Positions 1 through 12,700 of a stretch of DNA of 64,000 nt are shown here, one piece after another. Every line of letters begins with the position of its first letter. Positions within the stretch are counted from its first letter, which is position 1. The position numbers and the translations under genes were made by a program. The notes beneath the pieces were generated by a model. The model was not told the origin of the DNA. It ran no database searches and worked only from the letters and a program-made list of their open reading frames with translations. Location: contig OZ218963.1 in assembly GCA_965112735.1 (NCBI GenBank), positions 1,426,001 through 1,490,000 of the forward strand, given 5' to 3'. The DNA comes from Phaeosaccion multiseriatum. Lineage: Eukaryota; Protista; Ochrophyta, other classes.

Positions 1-509
1 CATCGGCGGCGAAACCGTTGTAAGCATCCTCCTCGCCATCGGCCATCTGAGGAGCATATGGGCGGGGGGTGAGAGTGCCGAAGAGGACGTCCTGGAGTGA
101 GGGTGGCGAGTTGAGTGAGTGAGTGAGTGAGTGAGTGAGAGGGAAGAGCAGTCGAGAAGGACAGGGAAGGGCAGCAATATGTAAAGTGAAACGAAAGACT
201 GAGCTCATACCTCTGGTGCCCAGAAGCACCACGTTCCCTGCGTGTTGGTGAGCTGCCCTCTGCTCTTACTCCGAGTGACTGCAGAGAGGTTTCGGAAAGA
301 ACGGTCTTTCTCCTCTTGGAAGCTGGAACCGTGAGCATGAAGCACAGAGAGCGCAGATACACAGACAGACAAGACGGATAGAGGCAGATGGACGGGAGAT
401 AGGTAGACAGGCAGGCAGACAGACAGACCGGCAAACAGACGGGAGACAGACAACGGGTGACAGACAGACAGACAGACAGACAGGCAGACAGATAGACAGA
501 TGGGAGAAA

Positions 510-564
<55 letters not shown>

Positions 565-3500
565 CAGGCAGACAGATGGACAGATAGACAGAGAGGCAGG
601 CAGGCAGACAGATAGACAGACAGGCAGGCAGACAGGTAGATGGGAGATAGACAGACGGCAGGCGAGAGAAAAGAGAAAGTCAGGCAAATTTGAGGCGAAC
701 AGAGATTTCAAACAAAAACAGGGGGTGGGGCTGCCTTGTCTCCGCTGTTGGAGCCCTGCTTGGCACTCAAACTCAAGCCAACATACCACAGACCGAGACC
801 GAAACAAGGAGGGAAGGAGGGGAGGAGGGGGGAACGCTGAGGAACACCTTCCCTCTTCATCGTCTTTGTGTCTGACTGCACTGCGGCTCAGCAAAAGTTT
901 GATGTGTAGTGATGCAGTGTCTGACTGTGTGTGTCTCCACCTCTTGCCTCTCTCTCTCTCCCCCTCTCACCTATGGGACACCCCAAAGTCGCTAATTCTT
1001 GCGTTGCCCGCATTGTCCACGAGAACGTTCTCAGGCTTGAGGTCCCTGAAAGGAGAAGACAGAGAGGGGCGAGGCCGGGGGGGGGGGGGTGGGTTTGAAA
1101 AGGAGGGCAGCGCGCATGGCTTGGAAGGGAGGGGGGGCACCGATCGATTGAAGCGCACAAGTTATTGAGAAAACAAGCACGGTGGACCCCCCCCCCCCCC
1201 GTACGTACGTACGTCGTACCTGTGCACAATGTAGTTGGTGTGGAGGAATTCCAGCGCCCCGAGGATCTGCGTAAAGTACGAAGCGGCGGTAGCGGGCGGC
1301 AACGGACCCTGCGAGCGAGGACTCACGTACATAGCTGGCGTTGTATACATATAGGCACACGGGAGAGAGTGACGAGACCATGGCAGCATAAGGCATGGTG
1401 GGTGGTGCATGGTGCAGAAGGGGGGGGCGGGAGAGCAAGGAATGGTTGGTCTCGGTGTAAAGGCAAAGTCGTTGCGAAGCAAGGGAACACGTCGAGAGGG
1501 GCAATTTATCAGTGTATGGGTACAGTACAGCACATCGCACATTCAGTCCAGTCACAGGGTGAACAAGCAAAAAAAGAGCAAAAGAGCAGGCCTCTCCCTC
1601 ATCGGGCGAGAGACACTCAGTCCGACCCTCTCATTCCAATCCTGCCCCACGCGTCTCAACATGGAGATTCCTTACCCCGCTCCGTCCACACGTACAATGC
1701 TCTCCCTCTTCTTCCCCTCGTCTCAACGTCCTATGCACACCCTCCACCTCCCCTCGTTCATCTCAACACTCCTGACCCCGTCCACTCCACCACTCTCACG
1801 CCTACGTAAGTAAGTATGGTCGCATCCGTAAGTGCGTACGTAGGTACTCACCTCTGTCGACGTCGTACTCCATGAGAGGCCCCCCTCTAACGTAGTCAAT
1901 GATGAGGTACAAGTGTCCCTCGTCAGGCACATCAATGACCTCGTGCAGCTGCACAACGTTGGGGTGGATGAGGAGCTTCATCAGGGCCACTTCTCGCATC
2001 GCCTGGGATAGAAGTAAGAAGAGGGAGGGAGGGAGGGAGGGAGGGAGGGAGGGAGGCGCAGCAGAGGGGTACGGGGAGAGGGAGGGGAGGGCGCGTTGGG
2101 GAGGAGGGCGGAAAGAAAAAAGGAGGTGACGACAAGAGGGAGAAGCAGGGCGGGGGGAAGGCGTTGCAGGAGCCGGGCAGAAGGCAGAACCAATCAATGG
2201 GTGTAGTAGGCTCGATTCGATTCAAGGACCGCCTACTCACCCCCACCCCCACCTCCCCACCTCCCCGTCTCTGCAGCGCTGCACCGCATTGGCTCTGACC
2301 TTGAGCAGGCCGTCATCCCCCGCCAGCGATCCCCGGCCAAAGCCGTGCTCCTTCTGCTTCCTCAACACATCGCGCTTGAACATCTTCATCGCAAAGAGTG
2401 CCTTCCCGTCGGTGCTGGCGGCGCTGTCTCTCTCCCCACCACTCCCAGACCTGGCCCGGGGTATCCGAAACTTCCACTTCCTGCTACTCCTCTTGCTCGC
2501 GCTAATATCCTCCTCCCCTCCTGCGTCTGCTCCTCCTCCTCCTCCTCCTCCTCCTCCTCCGTCTATACTGCTCGTGTCTACATTCTCATCCCCAAAGCTC
2601 CCCCTCACGCCTGCCTCTGGAGCGTCGGGGTTTGAACCCGCAGTCGTCGCGCGAAGCCTATCACCGCCGCCTCCATCCGCCTCAGCGGGGCCCTTGTCCT
2701 CGCTGTTAGATGAAGCACCAACGGCTGCACCATCGCCATTTGCGGCGTCGCCAATCATGAAAAGCTTCGCCTTCTCCTCCTCTCTCCGGGCGTCGCAGCT
2801 ACTGCATCCTGCGCCACCACACCCAGAGCAGTCTCGATAGCCTGTTTTGTTTTGTTTGTTGTGGTGCCAATCCAGAGTTTTAGAAATAATATGAGACGAC
2901 AACAACAACAACGTGGCAGGTGGAAAGAGCAAGGACAAGAGAAAGAAGAATCCGTGTGAGTGAGGGAGGGAGAGAGAGGGGGGGAGTTGGTATTAGGGTA
3001 TTCGCTTGTCGTGACTGGGGTTTGGGGGGTTGGTAGAACGGGGGAAACGCTCAGCCCTGTCTCTCTCTCTGCCCCTTCCCCCCACAAAAATAGGGTGAGT
3101 GCCTCCTCCTCCTCGTCGTCGACACCGGCTGCTCTGCTCACCTGGCAGTCTCCCTTCCACCAGGTACACCTTGGCGGTGGCCCCCTCGCCCAGCTGCCTT
3201 ATGACTTTGTACTGGTTCACTTGGCTGAGCCTCCCCTCCGCGGTTGCCTTGGTCTGGGAGTAGGTGGTGTCTGTGACGTGTGACCCGTCCACAATGGAGA
3301 AGCGAGTAGTAGGATGGGCACCTCCTGTTCCTCCTCCTCCTCCTCCTCCACCACCACCACTACCTCCTCCTCCGAGGCTCTCCGCGCTGTAGCTGCTCTC
3401 CACGCGAGGCTTTGCACCAACAAGCATATCTCTCCTGTTGAACCCACCTCCTCCCCCCCCGCCGCTTGAGTCCTCCCCCCCTTTGGCGACGGGCAGTCCC

Positions 3501-3895
3501 GCGCTGGCATTGAGAGAGCTCTCGTCCTGCTCCCGCGGGGTCAGACCGCCTCCTGCATTGACCTGCTTCCCTTGATGGGCCTTGTCCTTCACGCATTGCC
3601 CTGCTCTTGTTGGTGACCTTGCCCACAAGCTTCTTCGAGGCGCATTGGCACTCATCCCCCCCCTAACTCCGTTCTGTTGTTGCGGTTGTTGTTGTTGTTG
3701 TTGTTGTAGCTGCTGCTGCTGCGGCTCTCCCCCCTGTCCAACCTCTGTTTCCTTGCAGTTGGGGTCCTTTGGGGCCCTCTCGAGGGAGAAGAATTTGGGG
3801 GGGGAACCGCCAGGGCTGTTTTCATCGCGATGCAGCAGTGGCGGTGGCGGCGGCTGCAGTGCGGAGTCCTCTTCACTCTCAAGAGTCCCAGTCAT
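1..3895 (-). CDS. CaMKK/GRIK(SnAK)-like Ser/Thr protein kinase, multi-exon, 3' end runs off the window
   Basis: Frame-compatible GT-AG exons: 3895-3142, 2841-2300, 2002-1852, 1334-1220, 1045-971, 322-211, 46-1. Motifs in order: LGEGATAKVYL, FAMK, REVALMKLLIHPNVVQLHEVID, IVHRDLKPENVL, ISDFG, QGTWCFWAPE, YNGFAAD. The 'VNQY' before the domain and 'EVIDVPDEGHLYLIIDYV' are CaMKK/GRIK-like. Confidence 0.9.
395..660. repeat. (GACA)n/(GGCA)n intronic microsatellite
   Basis: Imperfect CAGA/CAGG tetranucleotide array inside the kinase intron 323-970. Confidence 0.9.
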
Positions 3896-4021
3896 CTTCT
3901 CAGCCCTAAACGCCCATCATCATCCCAGCACTGAACACGCCCCTCTCTCTCTGGGCTGTTAAAACTCGAATTTTCAATTTCAATCCTTGAGAGTAAAACT
4001 TGACTTGGCCCCCCCTCCCCA

Positions 4022-4670
4022 CGGCCCCTGACATGCTTCTGAGACAGGCCAGCCCAGAAGCAGGAAGCAGGCCGGCTGGCGCCGGCCAGAGGGAGGGAGG
4101 GAGGGAGGCAGGGAGGGAGGCAGGGAGGGAGGGAGGGAGGGAGGGAGGGAGGGAGGGAGGGAGGGAGGGAGGGAGGGAGGGAGGGAGGGAGGGAGGGAGG
4201 GAGGGAGGGAGGGAGGGAGGGAGGGAGGGAGGGAGGGAGGGAGGGAGGGAGGGAGGGAGGGAGGGAGGGAGGGAGGGAGGGAGGGAGGGAGGGAGGGAGG
4301 GAGGGAGGGAGGGAGGGAGGGAGGGAGGGAGGGAGGGAGGGAGGGAGGGAGGGAGGGAGGGAGGGAGGGAGGGAGGGAGGGAGGGAGGGAGGGAGGGAGG
4401 GAGGGAGGGAGGGAGGGAGGGAGGGAGGGAGGGAGGGAGGGAGGGAGGGAGGGAGGGAGGGAGGGAGGGAGGGAGGGAGGGAGGGAGGGAGGGAGGGGAG
4501 GGAGGGAGGGAGGGAGGGAGGGAGGGAGGGAGGGAGGGAGGGAGGGAGGGAGGGAGGGAGGGAGGGAGGGAGGGAGGGAGGGAGGGAGGCCAGAAGCAGG
4601 AAGCAGGCCCTCTGGCGCCGGCCGGAAGCAGGAAGCAGGGTCGCCTCAGAAGCAGCCATGTCAGGGGCCG
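4022..4670. mobile_element. MITE-like element (family A) with ~22-bp TIRs and an internal ~500-bp (GGGA)n expansion
   Basis: Starts CGGCCCCTGACATGCTTCTGAG and ends CTCAGAAGCAGCCATGTCAGGGGCCG. Both ends match the 77-bp element at 12156-12232 in reverse orientation. (GGGA)n spans ~4089-4588. Confidence 0.75.
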
Positions 4671-4721
4671 AGAAGAGGAGGGGGGAAAACGAGGGTCGCA
4701 TACGTAATAATTACTTACTTA

Positions 4722-4910
4722 CCTCCGACTTCTAAAGGTGGCAATGTGTTCGTAAGAGGCAGGGCCAAGACAGGGAGGCAAGTGCGGCGCCAGTAGTGGC
4801 TAAAGAAGAAAAAAAGCCTCCGACTTCTAAAGGTGGCAATGTGTTCGTAAGAGGCAGGGCCAAGACAGGGAGGCAAGTGCGGCGCCAGTAGTGGCTAAAG
4901 AAGAAAAAAA
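4722..4910. repeat. Exact 95-bp tandem duplication
   Basis: CCTCCGACTTCTAAAGGTGGC...GGCTAAAGAAGAAAAAAA occurs at 4722 and again at 4817. Confidence 0.9.
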
Positions 4911-7900
4911 GGGGGGGGGGGGGGGGGGGTAGGCGCTGTCCGCAAAACGGGTGTGTCCGACCCAGGTATCACTCTTACGTGCAAAAAATAATATGGTATG
5001 CCAGCATATAGTCGCGTGCGAGACAAATACCTTAGTTCTTTCTCTCTCCCACGACTACCCTGCCGGGCAAAACTTTCGAACTCAGACGGATGGAGAGTGT
5101 TGGGTTGGCTGCTATGGCTGAGGTGCTGGGTTGGCAGCTGTCCCCCAATCAATCGTTGAGTTGGAATTTCCGCTTTGTATTGACAGTTATTTATTTACAC
5201 GCACGCGCACACATGTACCGAGAGACACACACCGAGACACACGCACAGACACTCACACGCATCCTCTCTCACACTTACTACCCTCCTACCCTGGTTGCAC
5301 CACTGGTTGCACTACCCTCCTTCCTCACACATACATACAGAGCCTGACACACACACACACACACATACGCACAGACACCCACACACACACCTACCTCTCA
5401 CACTCACTACCCTGCTACCCTGGTCGCACAACTGGTTGCACTACCCTCCTCCCTCTGACCCTCTCAAGCGTCCGCTCCTGAAGCCCCCGAAGCCGCTGCT
5501 CCTCTGTCTTCCTCTTGTCTAACGCCTTCCCACCAATAACAACTCGGAGCCGCTCCTGTGTGAGACCCCCGTAGATGCCAATACAGTCGATGTTGGTGGC
5601 TCTGGAGATGGCGCCACGTAGGTGAGGCCACTCGTGTTCTCCTGTGTGCCCGGAACGAGCACCACCTTTCCCCATGGTTTGACCCTGCGCCTTCCACACC
5701 GTCCACGCCCAACTGAGTCTCAGGGGAACCTCCTTCCGAGTCCTGCTGGCCGATTGGCCACTAGCACTACCTTTCCACTCGGCGACGACTGGAGAGATAG
5801 ATAGGGCCAGATACACTGAGCTTCGCGTGAGCTGCACTGAGCCTGGGTGAGCTTTGCTGTAACGCGACGCGCCCGTCGTCGTCCCCATTCCACTGCTGCA
5901 GACGGAGCGCACGGAAATGGACACGTCTGTTCCACTGCCGCGTGACCCATTCCGCGCTGTCAACATCTGCCCTCGCCTTTGCCAGCAGCTCTTCATCCCC
6001 CTTTTCGCCCCCCTGAGGCTGCCCTCACCTGCGGCAGCAGCTCTTCATCCACCTTGTCATCCTCGACTGAGGCTGCTGCAGCGTGGACGTCTTCTGGTGC
6101 TAGGGCCGGTGCTGGCGCTGCGACTGTACCAACTGCTGGTGCTACTGCAAGTGGAAGAGAGGGTGAGGAAATGCTGTTCCCACACGATCTGCTATCAACC
6201 AGTCCCCTTCGTCCCCCCACGTCATCCTCCTCATCCTCGTCCCCGCTGGTGTTAATGTCGTTCTCAGCAGGGTCGACAGGCTAGATGACCCACCCCTCCG
6301 ATGTGCCCTCCTCCTCACAGCAGGCCATATGCTAATCCAGCTGCCATGGTCACTCCCGTCGCAGGAAGAGTACGATATGAGAAGAGGTGGAAGTCAGAGA
6401 CGCGGGAGCAGCAGCAACCGAGAAGGAAGGAGCCAGACGCACGGGGCTCCACAGGAGTGGCGCTTTGGGGATAGCTGTATCTCTTTCTATTTGCTATGTG
6501 AAGATTTGGTCGATTTGATGAATTTCCCCCCATGGCCATGAAATTTCTGCCCAAAGTGCTCGGAGCGCTGAGAGCGCAGAACAGCCTGTTCAGCAGCGCA
6601 GCAACGGAACTTTGTTTCTCGCGGAACAGAGACGAGGACGAGGTGGGAGACATGGGAGCCAGCAGGGCGAAGCGCCAGCGTAGGTGCTTGGTACCGCCCC
6701 AAGGGGGGGGTCCCCTCTGGGGAGATGTACAGTATGTCAGTGAAGCAGGGAATCGCCTTAGATTTTTCAGAAGAGGAGAGACATTGGCGTGTGCTGTCAC
6801 TTACTGAGGCGGCGGAGACAGAGCCCAGGAAGAGTGGAGCACACTGTCAAGGAGGAGAGTAGATACTGGTGTGGTGGAAAGCGAGCCTCTTGTCCTGGGC
6901 CCGGACAGAGCGCTTGTGTCGGCCAAGGAGGCCTGCCTTGGTGTTGAGAGCCGGGGCCTCCGTGGAAGAGGGAAGAAGAGCTTAGGAGGCTGTGTCGGTG
7001 TTGAGTGCCGACAGTAGCGTCCACGGTGTTGAGTGCCGGACCTCTTCTTTTCTTTCCTTTGCCGGTGTTGCGGGGCTCTATGGCTTGGGACAAGCGGTGT
7101 CTGGTGTTGAGTGCCGACCGCCTCCACGGTGTTGAGTGCCGGCGCCTTTTGCCCTCTTCGCCCTTTCTTCCTTGCTGGTATCGCCGTAGGATCCGCGTCC
7201 GGTGTTGAGGCCGACGCCCTACTCATCTCTCCGCCCTCTCCTCTCTCCCGTGGCCCAAGGTTTGGGGGGTGTGGTCCACGGCATTTTTTGTCTTTTTGCG
7301 AGGCGAAAGGGGCTCCCGGGTGACGGCAGGCCCCTTAGCTCTTCCAGGTGTCTGTCTGTATGTTTGTGTGTGTATGTTTCGACGGTGTTTCTGTGTGTAG
7401 GGTGCGTATTTCCTGTGTTTGGCGTGCGAATAAGGGCCTCCTCCACAAAGGAGGCTGGCTCTGCGCGCGGTGACAACAGCAGCTCATCCCTCGCCATTCC
7501 GGCCCTCAACGGCGGGCGGGGCAGTCCTAGGCAACAGCAGCCGTGGTCACTGCCCCTACACACGATGTGTGTTTGTATCTGTGTGTGCTGGTCTGCGTCT
7601 GTGTGTGCTAGTGTGCGTTTGTGGGTGCTGGTGTCCCTGTATTGTGCCTTTGTCTATATCTGTGTGCCTGTGAATGTTTGTGTACGTCTGCGTGTTTAAG
7701 TGTACCTCCCTTGTTGTTGGAGTGTCTCCCACCTACAACAGCAGTATGGCCAGAAGGAGGCGTACGTGGTCGCCACTGGGCTTGCCTGCAGTCTCTCTGG
7801 ATGGGTGGGGGCGTAGCTGACCTTCGATACGGGAGCTCGCACGGCTCACCTCCGGCAGCTACATCCGAGAGACATATCGGGCCGAGGAGCGGCGAAGGGA

Positions 7901-8446
7901 AGGAGACGGACTACAGCTGTACATCCCTCACCATCTCGAACGCATGGGAGGGGGAGGGGGGGGGTCCGATGGAGGCTCAGCTCTCAGGACAAACAGCAAC
8001 CGCAAGGCAGTTAGTACGAGCGTCAAAGGTGGCAGCATGGATGCGAAGGCAGCTATTCGGGCTGTTGGAAGGAACCGGAGAGCCCTTTGATGGTGGTTGG
8101 CGCCCCGAGTTTGCGTGTGGAGCGGATATGGGACCTGTGGCCATAACAGCGAACCGATGGGCGACAAGAGAGGCACAGCATACGAGGGAGAATTGGGAAT
8201 TGGAAGGCGGCATTGGGAGTGTACGGTACTCGCATTTCGGGAGGTACGGCAGCGTTTGGTGACCGTCTACGGAGTGTACGGCGATGTACGTCGTTCGGTG
8301 CTGAAGGAAATTGGGGCATTGAGCAATCTGGCTACTTACCTGTAATGGACGGCGGAAGCATGACGTTTGGTCGTTCACAACAGCTATGGAGTGGAAGTCA
8401 AGCGTTTCCTGAGCGCTCTGGAAAAATTTGGTGGAAAAGTCGATGG

Positions 8447-8917
8447 CCCAAATTTGCACAGGGGGCACAAAGGAGTCTTTAAAGGTCTTTAAAGGTTCTG
8501 GACCTGAACCTTTGTGCATGAACAAAGGGTTTAAAGGTTTTAGATGAAAAGCCGAAAACGTTAGTAAAGGGTTTAAAGGTTTTGGGGCCTGAACCTTTGT
8601 GCATGAACAAAGGGTTTAAAGGTTTTAGGGGAAAAGCCGAAAACGTTAGTAAAGGGTTTAAAGGTTTTGGGCCTGAACCTTTGTGCATGAACAAAGGGTT
8701 TAAAGGTTTTAGAGGAAAAGCCGAAATCGTTAGTAAAGGGTTTAAAGGTTCTGGGCCTGAAACCTTTGTGCATGAACAAAGGGTTTAAAGGTTTTAGAGG
8801 AAAAGCCGAAATCGTTAGTAAAGGGTTTAAAGGTGCCCGAGAGCACTCCTTTGTCAAAGGAATTAGCACAAATCCTTTGTAAAACCTTTACCTTTGTACC
8901 CCCTGTGCAAATTTGGG
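8447..8917. mobile_element. Foldback/MITE-like element (family B): 27-bp inverted repeats around four ~84-bp tandem units
   Basis: CCCAAATTTGCACAGGGGGCACAAAGG (8447-8473) pairs with CCTTTGTACCCCCTGTGCAAATTTGGG (8891-8917) with 1 mismatch. Units start at ~8488, 8572, 8657 and 8741. Confidence 0.65.
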
Positions 8918-9474
8918 GTGGGTGGGGCGGGGGGGGAAATTTGAGAAATAGAGGAAACATCTCACATACGGTAAGATAGAAAGCGTACTCGCTACGCTCG
9001 CACGCGAAAAAATTGGGGGGGAAATCGGGCGATTTGGGCGATTTTTGATTTTTACATTTTTTCGCAAACCGACTTTTAAAAAAAAAGAAAAGAAAAGAAG
9101 AAGGGTGGAAAAAGTTTTTGGGGGCGATTTGGTGCAAATTTTGTTTTTTGGAAACCCTTGGTGGTGCACATTTGTTTTCTTTTGCCCTTATTGGTGGTGC
9201 CCGAGACTTCCGAGGGGACGGTGGACGGTAAAGAAGTTATACGTAAAGTGATGGAGCTGCTTCTCTGCTGCTCTTGTTGGTCACATTCTGGACTGCCTGG
9301 TGGCCTAGCACCGGGACACAGCCAACAGGAGCGGCAGGTGGGTGGAGGAGGGAAGCAAGCAAGGTGTCATGTTGCGAGCGCCAAACCGCAGTGTTGCACC
9401 CAGGTGCAGCTCCTAGAAAAGGGTGACGCAGCGCGCCGAACTGCGGGGGTGGCCGGGTATCGGAGCATTTGTCG

Positions 9475-9556
9475 CCGCCCCGCCTCTGCAGGAGTGCCTG
9501 TGTGCGTCGCTCATACCGCCCCGCCTCTGCAGCAGTGCCTGTGTGCGTCGCTCATA
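9475..9556. repeat. 41-bp tandem duplication
   Basis: CCGCCCCGCCTCTGCAG(G/C)AGTGCCTGTGTGCGTCGCTCATA occurs twice. Confidence 0.8.
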
Positions 9557-9793
9557 TTTTTTGTGCTGGTGACTGTGCTGGTGACACCCTGGTGTACTGC
9601 TCTGCCTCCGTGTGCTGCCGTGAGCGCCTGGCCGCTGTCCTGCGAAGATTCCGCAGCGTTGACCTTTCGCCAAGCAAGCAACTACGGCCTTTGTCCGCCC
9701 GCACGACCCACCACTTTGCTCACCCCCCCCCCCCGCCTCTTTCTCCTCGCTCCTCCTGGGCCCGTATTGCTTGCTTTCTCCCTGTGACCAGTC

Positions 9794-12700
9794 ATGCCTG
9801 CACGGGCGGTGGACGCCGCGGGGGGTTCGGCGAGGACGAAGGACGTGCTCCTCGCGGCATTATCGGCTGCGTGCGTATTGCTGGCGCTTAGCAGCAAGCT
9901 GGGGGGCAAAGTGGTGGACGGTAATGACCCCTCATCCGCAGTAGGAGCAGTGCCAGGAGGCGTGCTCAGCAGGTCTCTGTCGGTGGGGGGGTCCGAAGAG
10001 CTGCCGCAACGGACGAACGCGTCAATGGCGCTGGTGACCCCGTTCTGGTCGGGAGATGCAACGCTGCTCGAGGAGGCTCTTGGCGACTCCTGGGTCGGCC
10101 TTGATTGCTCCACCACGGGTCCTCCCGAGGCGAAGATGGACCTCATTTTGTACTATGCCTACGGCCCAGACAAGATCAGTGATTCCACGTTGGCTGCTGT
10201 GCCGGACTCCCTGCGCTCGTGCTTCAGGGACGTCAAGTTGGCGTTCGCGCACCTCACGGCTGAAGAGGACGGGTACCCCGCAGGACCTTCGCATCAGTTC
10301 TACAACATCTTCCTCAATGAGGAAGTCAGTCGTGGACGTCTCCGCCTCCTCCCACAGAAGGCTCAGCAAGAAGAACGAGCAGGTGAGAAGACGTCTCCAG
10401 GTTTTTTCTGCTTTTATTTTTTATTTTTATTATTTCTGGTGCCCCGAATAGAACGATTGCGGCGTGCATAGGCTTCCCTGCCCCTTGGCCTAATCTTCTT
10501 GTACCCTCCTCCTCCCCATCATTGCCGTGGGCATCCACAGTCCGGCACGCACATTGTGCACGCCTCCGTCAAGAGCGGAGGCTTCAAGAAGCACCAGGGG
10601 GAGCGATTCCTTGGAGGCGAAGACGAAGACACCTCTGGTTCCTTCACAGACACCGGCAGTGCCAAGGAGCAGGCGCTCTGTGCCGCTCTCGTCAGCACCA
10701 ACCCGCTGCCCGCCGGTATGTCCTACGCCTTTGACGCAACATGCCGGACCGGACCGAGCCAGCGCTGGAACGGGTACCACTGCTACCAGGACGACACCAA
10801 CCCCGAAGACTCGCAGATCTGCCGCCAGTGCTACACCGATGTGGAGCTGGCACAGGAGGCCGAGAGGGCGCTCAGCCTGTCGCACACCGCTTACTCCGTC
10901 AAGCAAGTGCAGCAACACCTCACCGCGGAAACCCCCTCGGAGGGCTCGTGCACCATGAACCCGCACGTGATGATGTGCAGCACCAAGCTTCCACCCCCCG
11001 CCCCCAAGTGTGACGAGCGCTGCCTGTCCGACGGCGGGGGAGTTGCCATCTGTGACTCCCGCTGTACCATCGCTGCTACCACCACTTCCTCGGATGCTTC
11101 TCCATGGCTTGCACCGGGCGCATCCGAGGCGCTGGGGGAGCTGACGGCAGCGTGCAACTTTGGAAACTTTGGAGCCTCGTGCCGCTCCTGCATGCAGAGC
11201 ACTCAGAAGGCGCGGGACGTGCTGCTGAGCCACTCTCCTCTCTCCGTACCCATTCTGTGCGGCACGCTCGAGCCTCCGCTGGCGGCGTCTTGCGGGGTCA
11301 TAGCTGGATCAACAACTGCCACGGGTCGCAAGCTGCAGCTCGACGAGGACACGTGCGTCGACTTGGGGTGCGGGGAGGATGGCAACGCCGTGGACGATGG
11401 TAGATTCTGCGACGAATCTTGCCTCGGCGGGGGCTTGTTGCCTCTAGGATGCCCTTTAGGAGCGGTGGGTAGAAGCGGTAATGGCAATAATGGCATTGGC
11501 AACGGCAACGGCAATGGCAACGGTAATGGCAATAATGGCATTGGCAACGGCGGCAATGGCAACGGTAATGGCAATAATGGCAACGGCGGCAATGGCAATG
11601 GCAACGGCGGCAATGGCAATGGCAACGGCGGCAATGGCAACGGCAACAACAGAAGGAGGAGGCTCCAACAGGCCAGCAACCCTGCCTGCGGCACCACCCC
11701 CGGGTGCGGGGCGAGCCTTGGTTCGAGTGGAGCTGTTCAAACGTGCACAGAGGACCCCGCCTGCGCGACCGCTGGGCAAGGACTCGGCTGCATCCAAGCC
11801 GGTAACGTTTGTCGCTTCTGCGGATTCGGTCAGTTCCTTGACTGCGACGTGCCAATCGGAGGCCCATCGGGGAACGTCCCGACGGCCCCCAGCCCGGCAA
11901 CTCCCACAGCAGCTCCGGTCCCCACCCCTGCCGGAACACCGACACCCGGTACACCCCTTCCCGGAGGCGATGTGTGCGCCGCATTGAATGGGAGGTGTGC
12001 ATCTCCATCTGTATCCTGCATCCTGGACTCCGGCTGCCAGGTACGGTGCATGGGAAAGTCGATGGATGGTGTTGATACTGGCTGGACAAGCAATATAGAA
12101 TCGTCTTTGAGGGTAGCTACTGTGTGATCAAAGTCTCTCTCTCTATTTTTATGTTCGGCCCCTGACATGCTTCTGAGGCGACCCTGCTTCCTGCTTCTGG
12201 GCTGGCCTGTCTCAGAAGCATGTCAGGGGCCGATTATGTGTGTGACTAGCTACACCCACCGTAGCTATTGCTTGCCCCGTGCCGCATCGCAACTCACATA
12301 TTGTACGCACTTCTTTCCCTTCGCTTTTCCTTCTCCCCCTCTCGCTCTCTCCTCTCTCTCGCTCTACCCCTCCCCCTCTTTCTTCTCTCTCCTTCATTCG
12401 CCCTCCCTCCTCCTCCCTCCCTCCCCGTCTCCCTCCCTCAGAAACTGCCCTACGGGACGGGCTGCATTCACCCCTACAACACCGCCTGTCGCTTCTGCGG
12501 TGGGGGCATTGCTCTCGGGTGCGACACGTACCTGCCTCATGGTGGGCCCGTTGGTGGGACTCCGCCACCGCCTACCCCTCCTACACCTACACCACCCACA
12601 CCTACCCCACCCACACCTACCCCACCCACACCTACCCCTCCTACACCTACCCCACCCACACCTACCCCACCCACACCTACCCCACCCACACCTACCCCAC

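Noticed and set aside
205-1168. Long ORFs 205-894 and 500-1168
   Set aside because: Read-through of an intronic (GACA)n microsatellite; only 322-211 and 1045-971 (minus strand) are exonic.
3892-4707. PPSL/GGRE repeat ORFs
   Set aside because: Translations of a stop-free (GGGA)n array.
8488-8830. Possible CRISPR array or telomere
   Set aside because: Units are near-identical with no unique spacers, the context is eukaryotic, and the sequence is not a pure telomeric repeat.
12148-12240. 8-bp TSD for the 77-bp MITE (TTTATGTT / ATTATGTG)
   Set aside because: Only a 6/8 match, and the other copy has none, so no superfamily is assigned.
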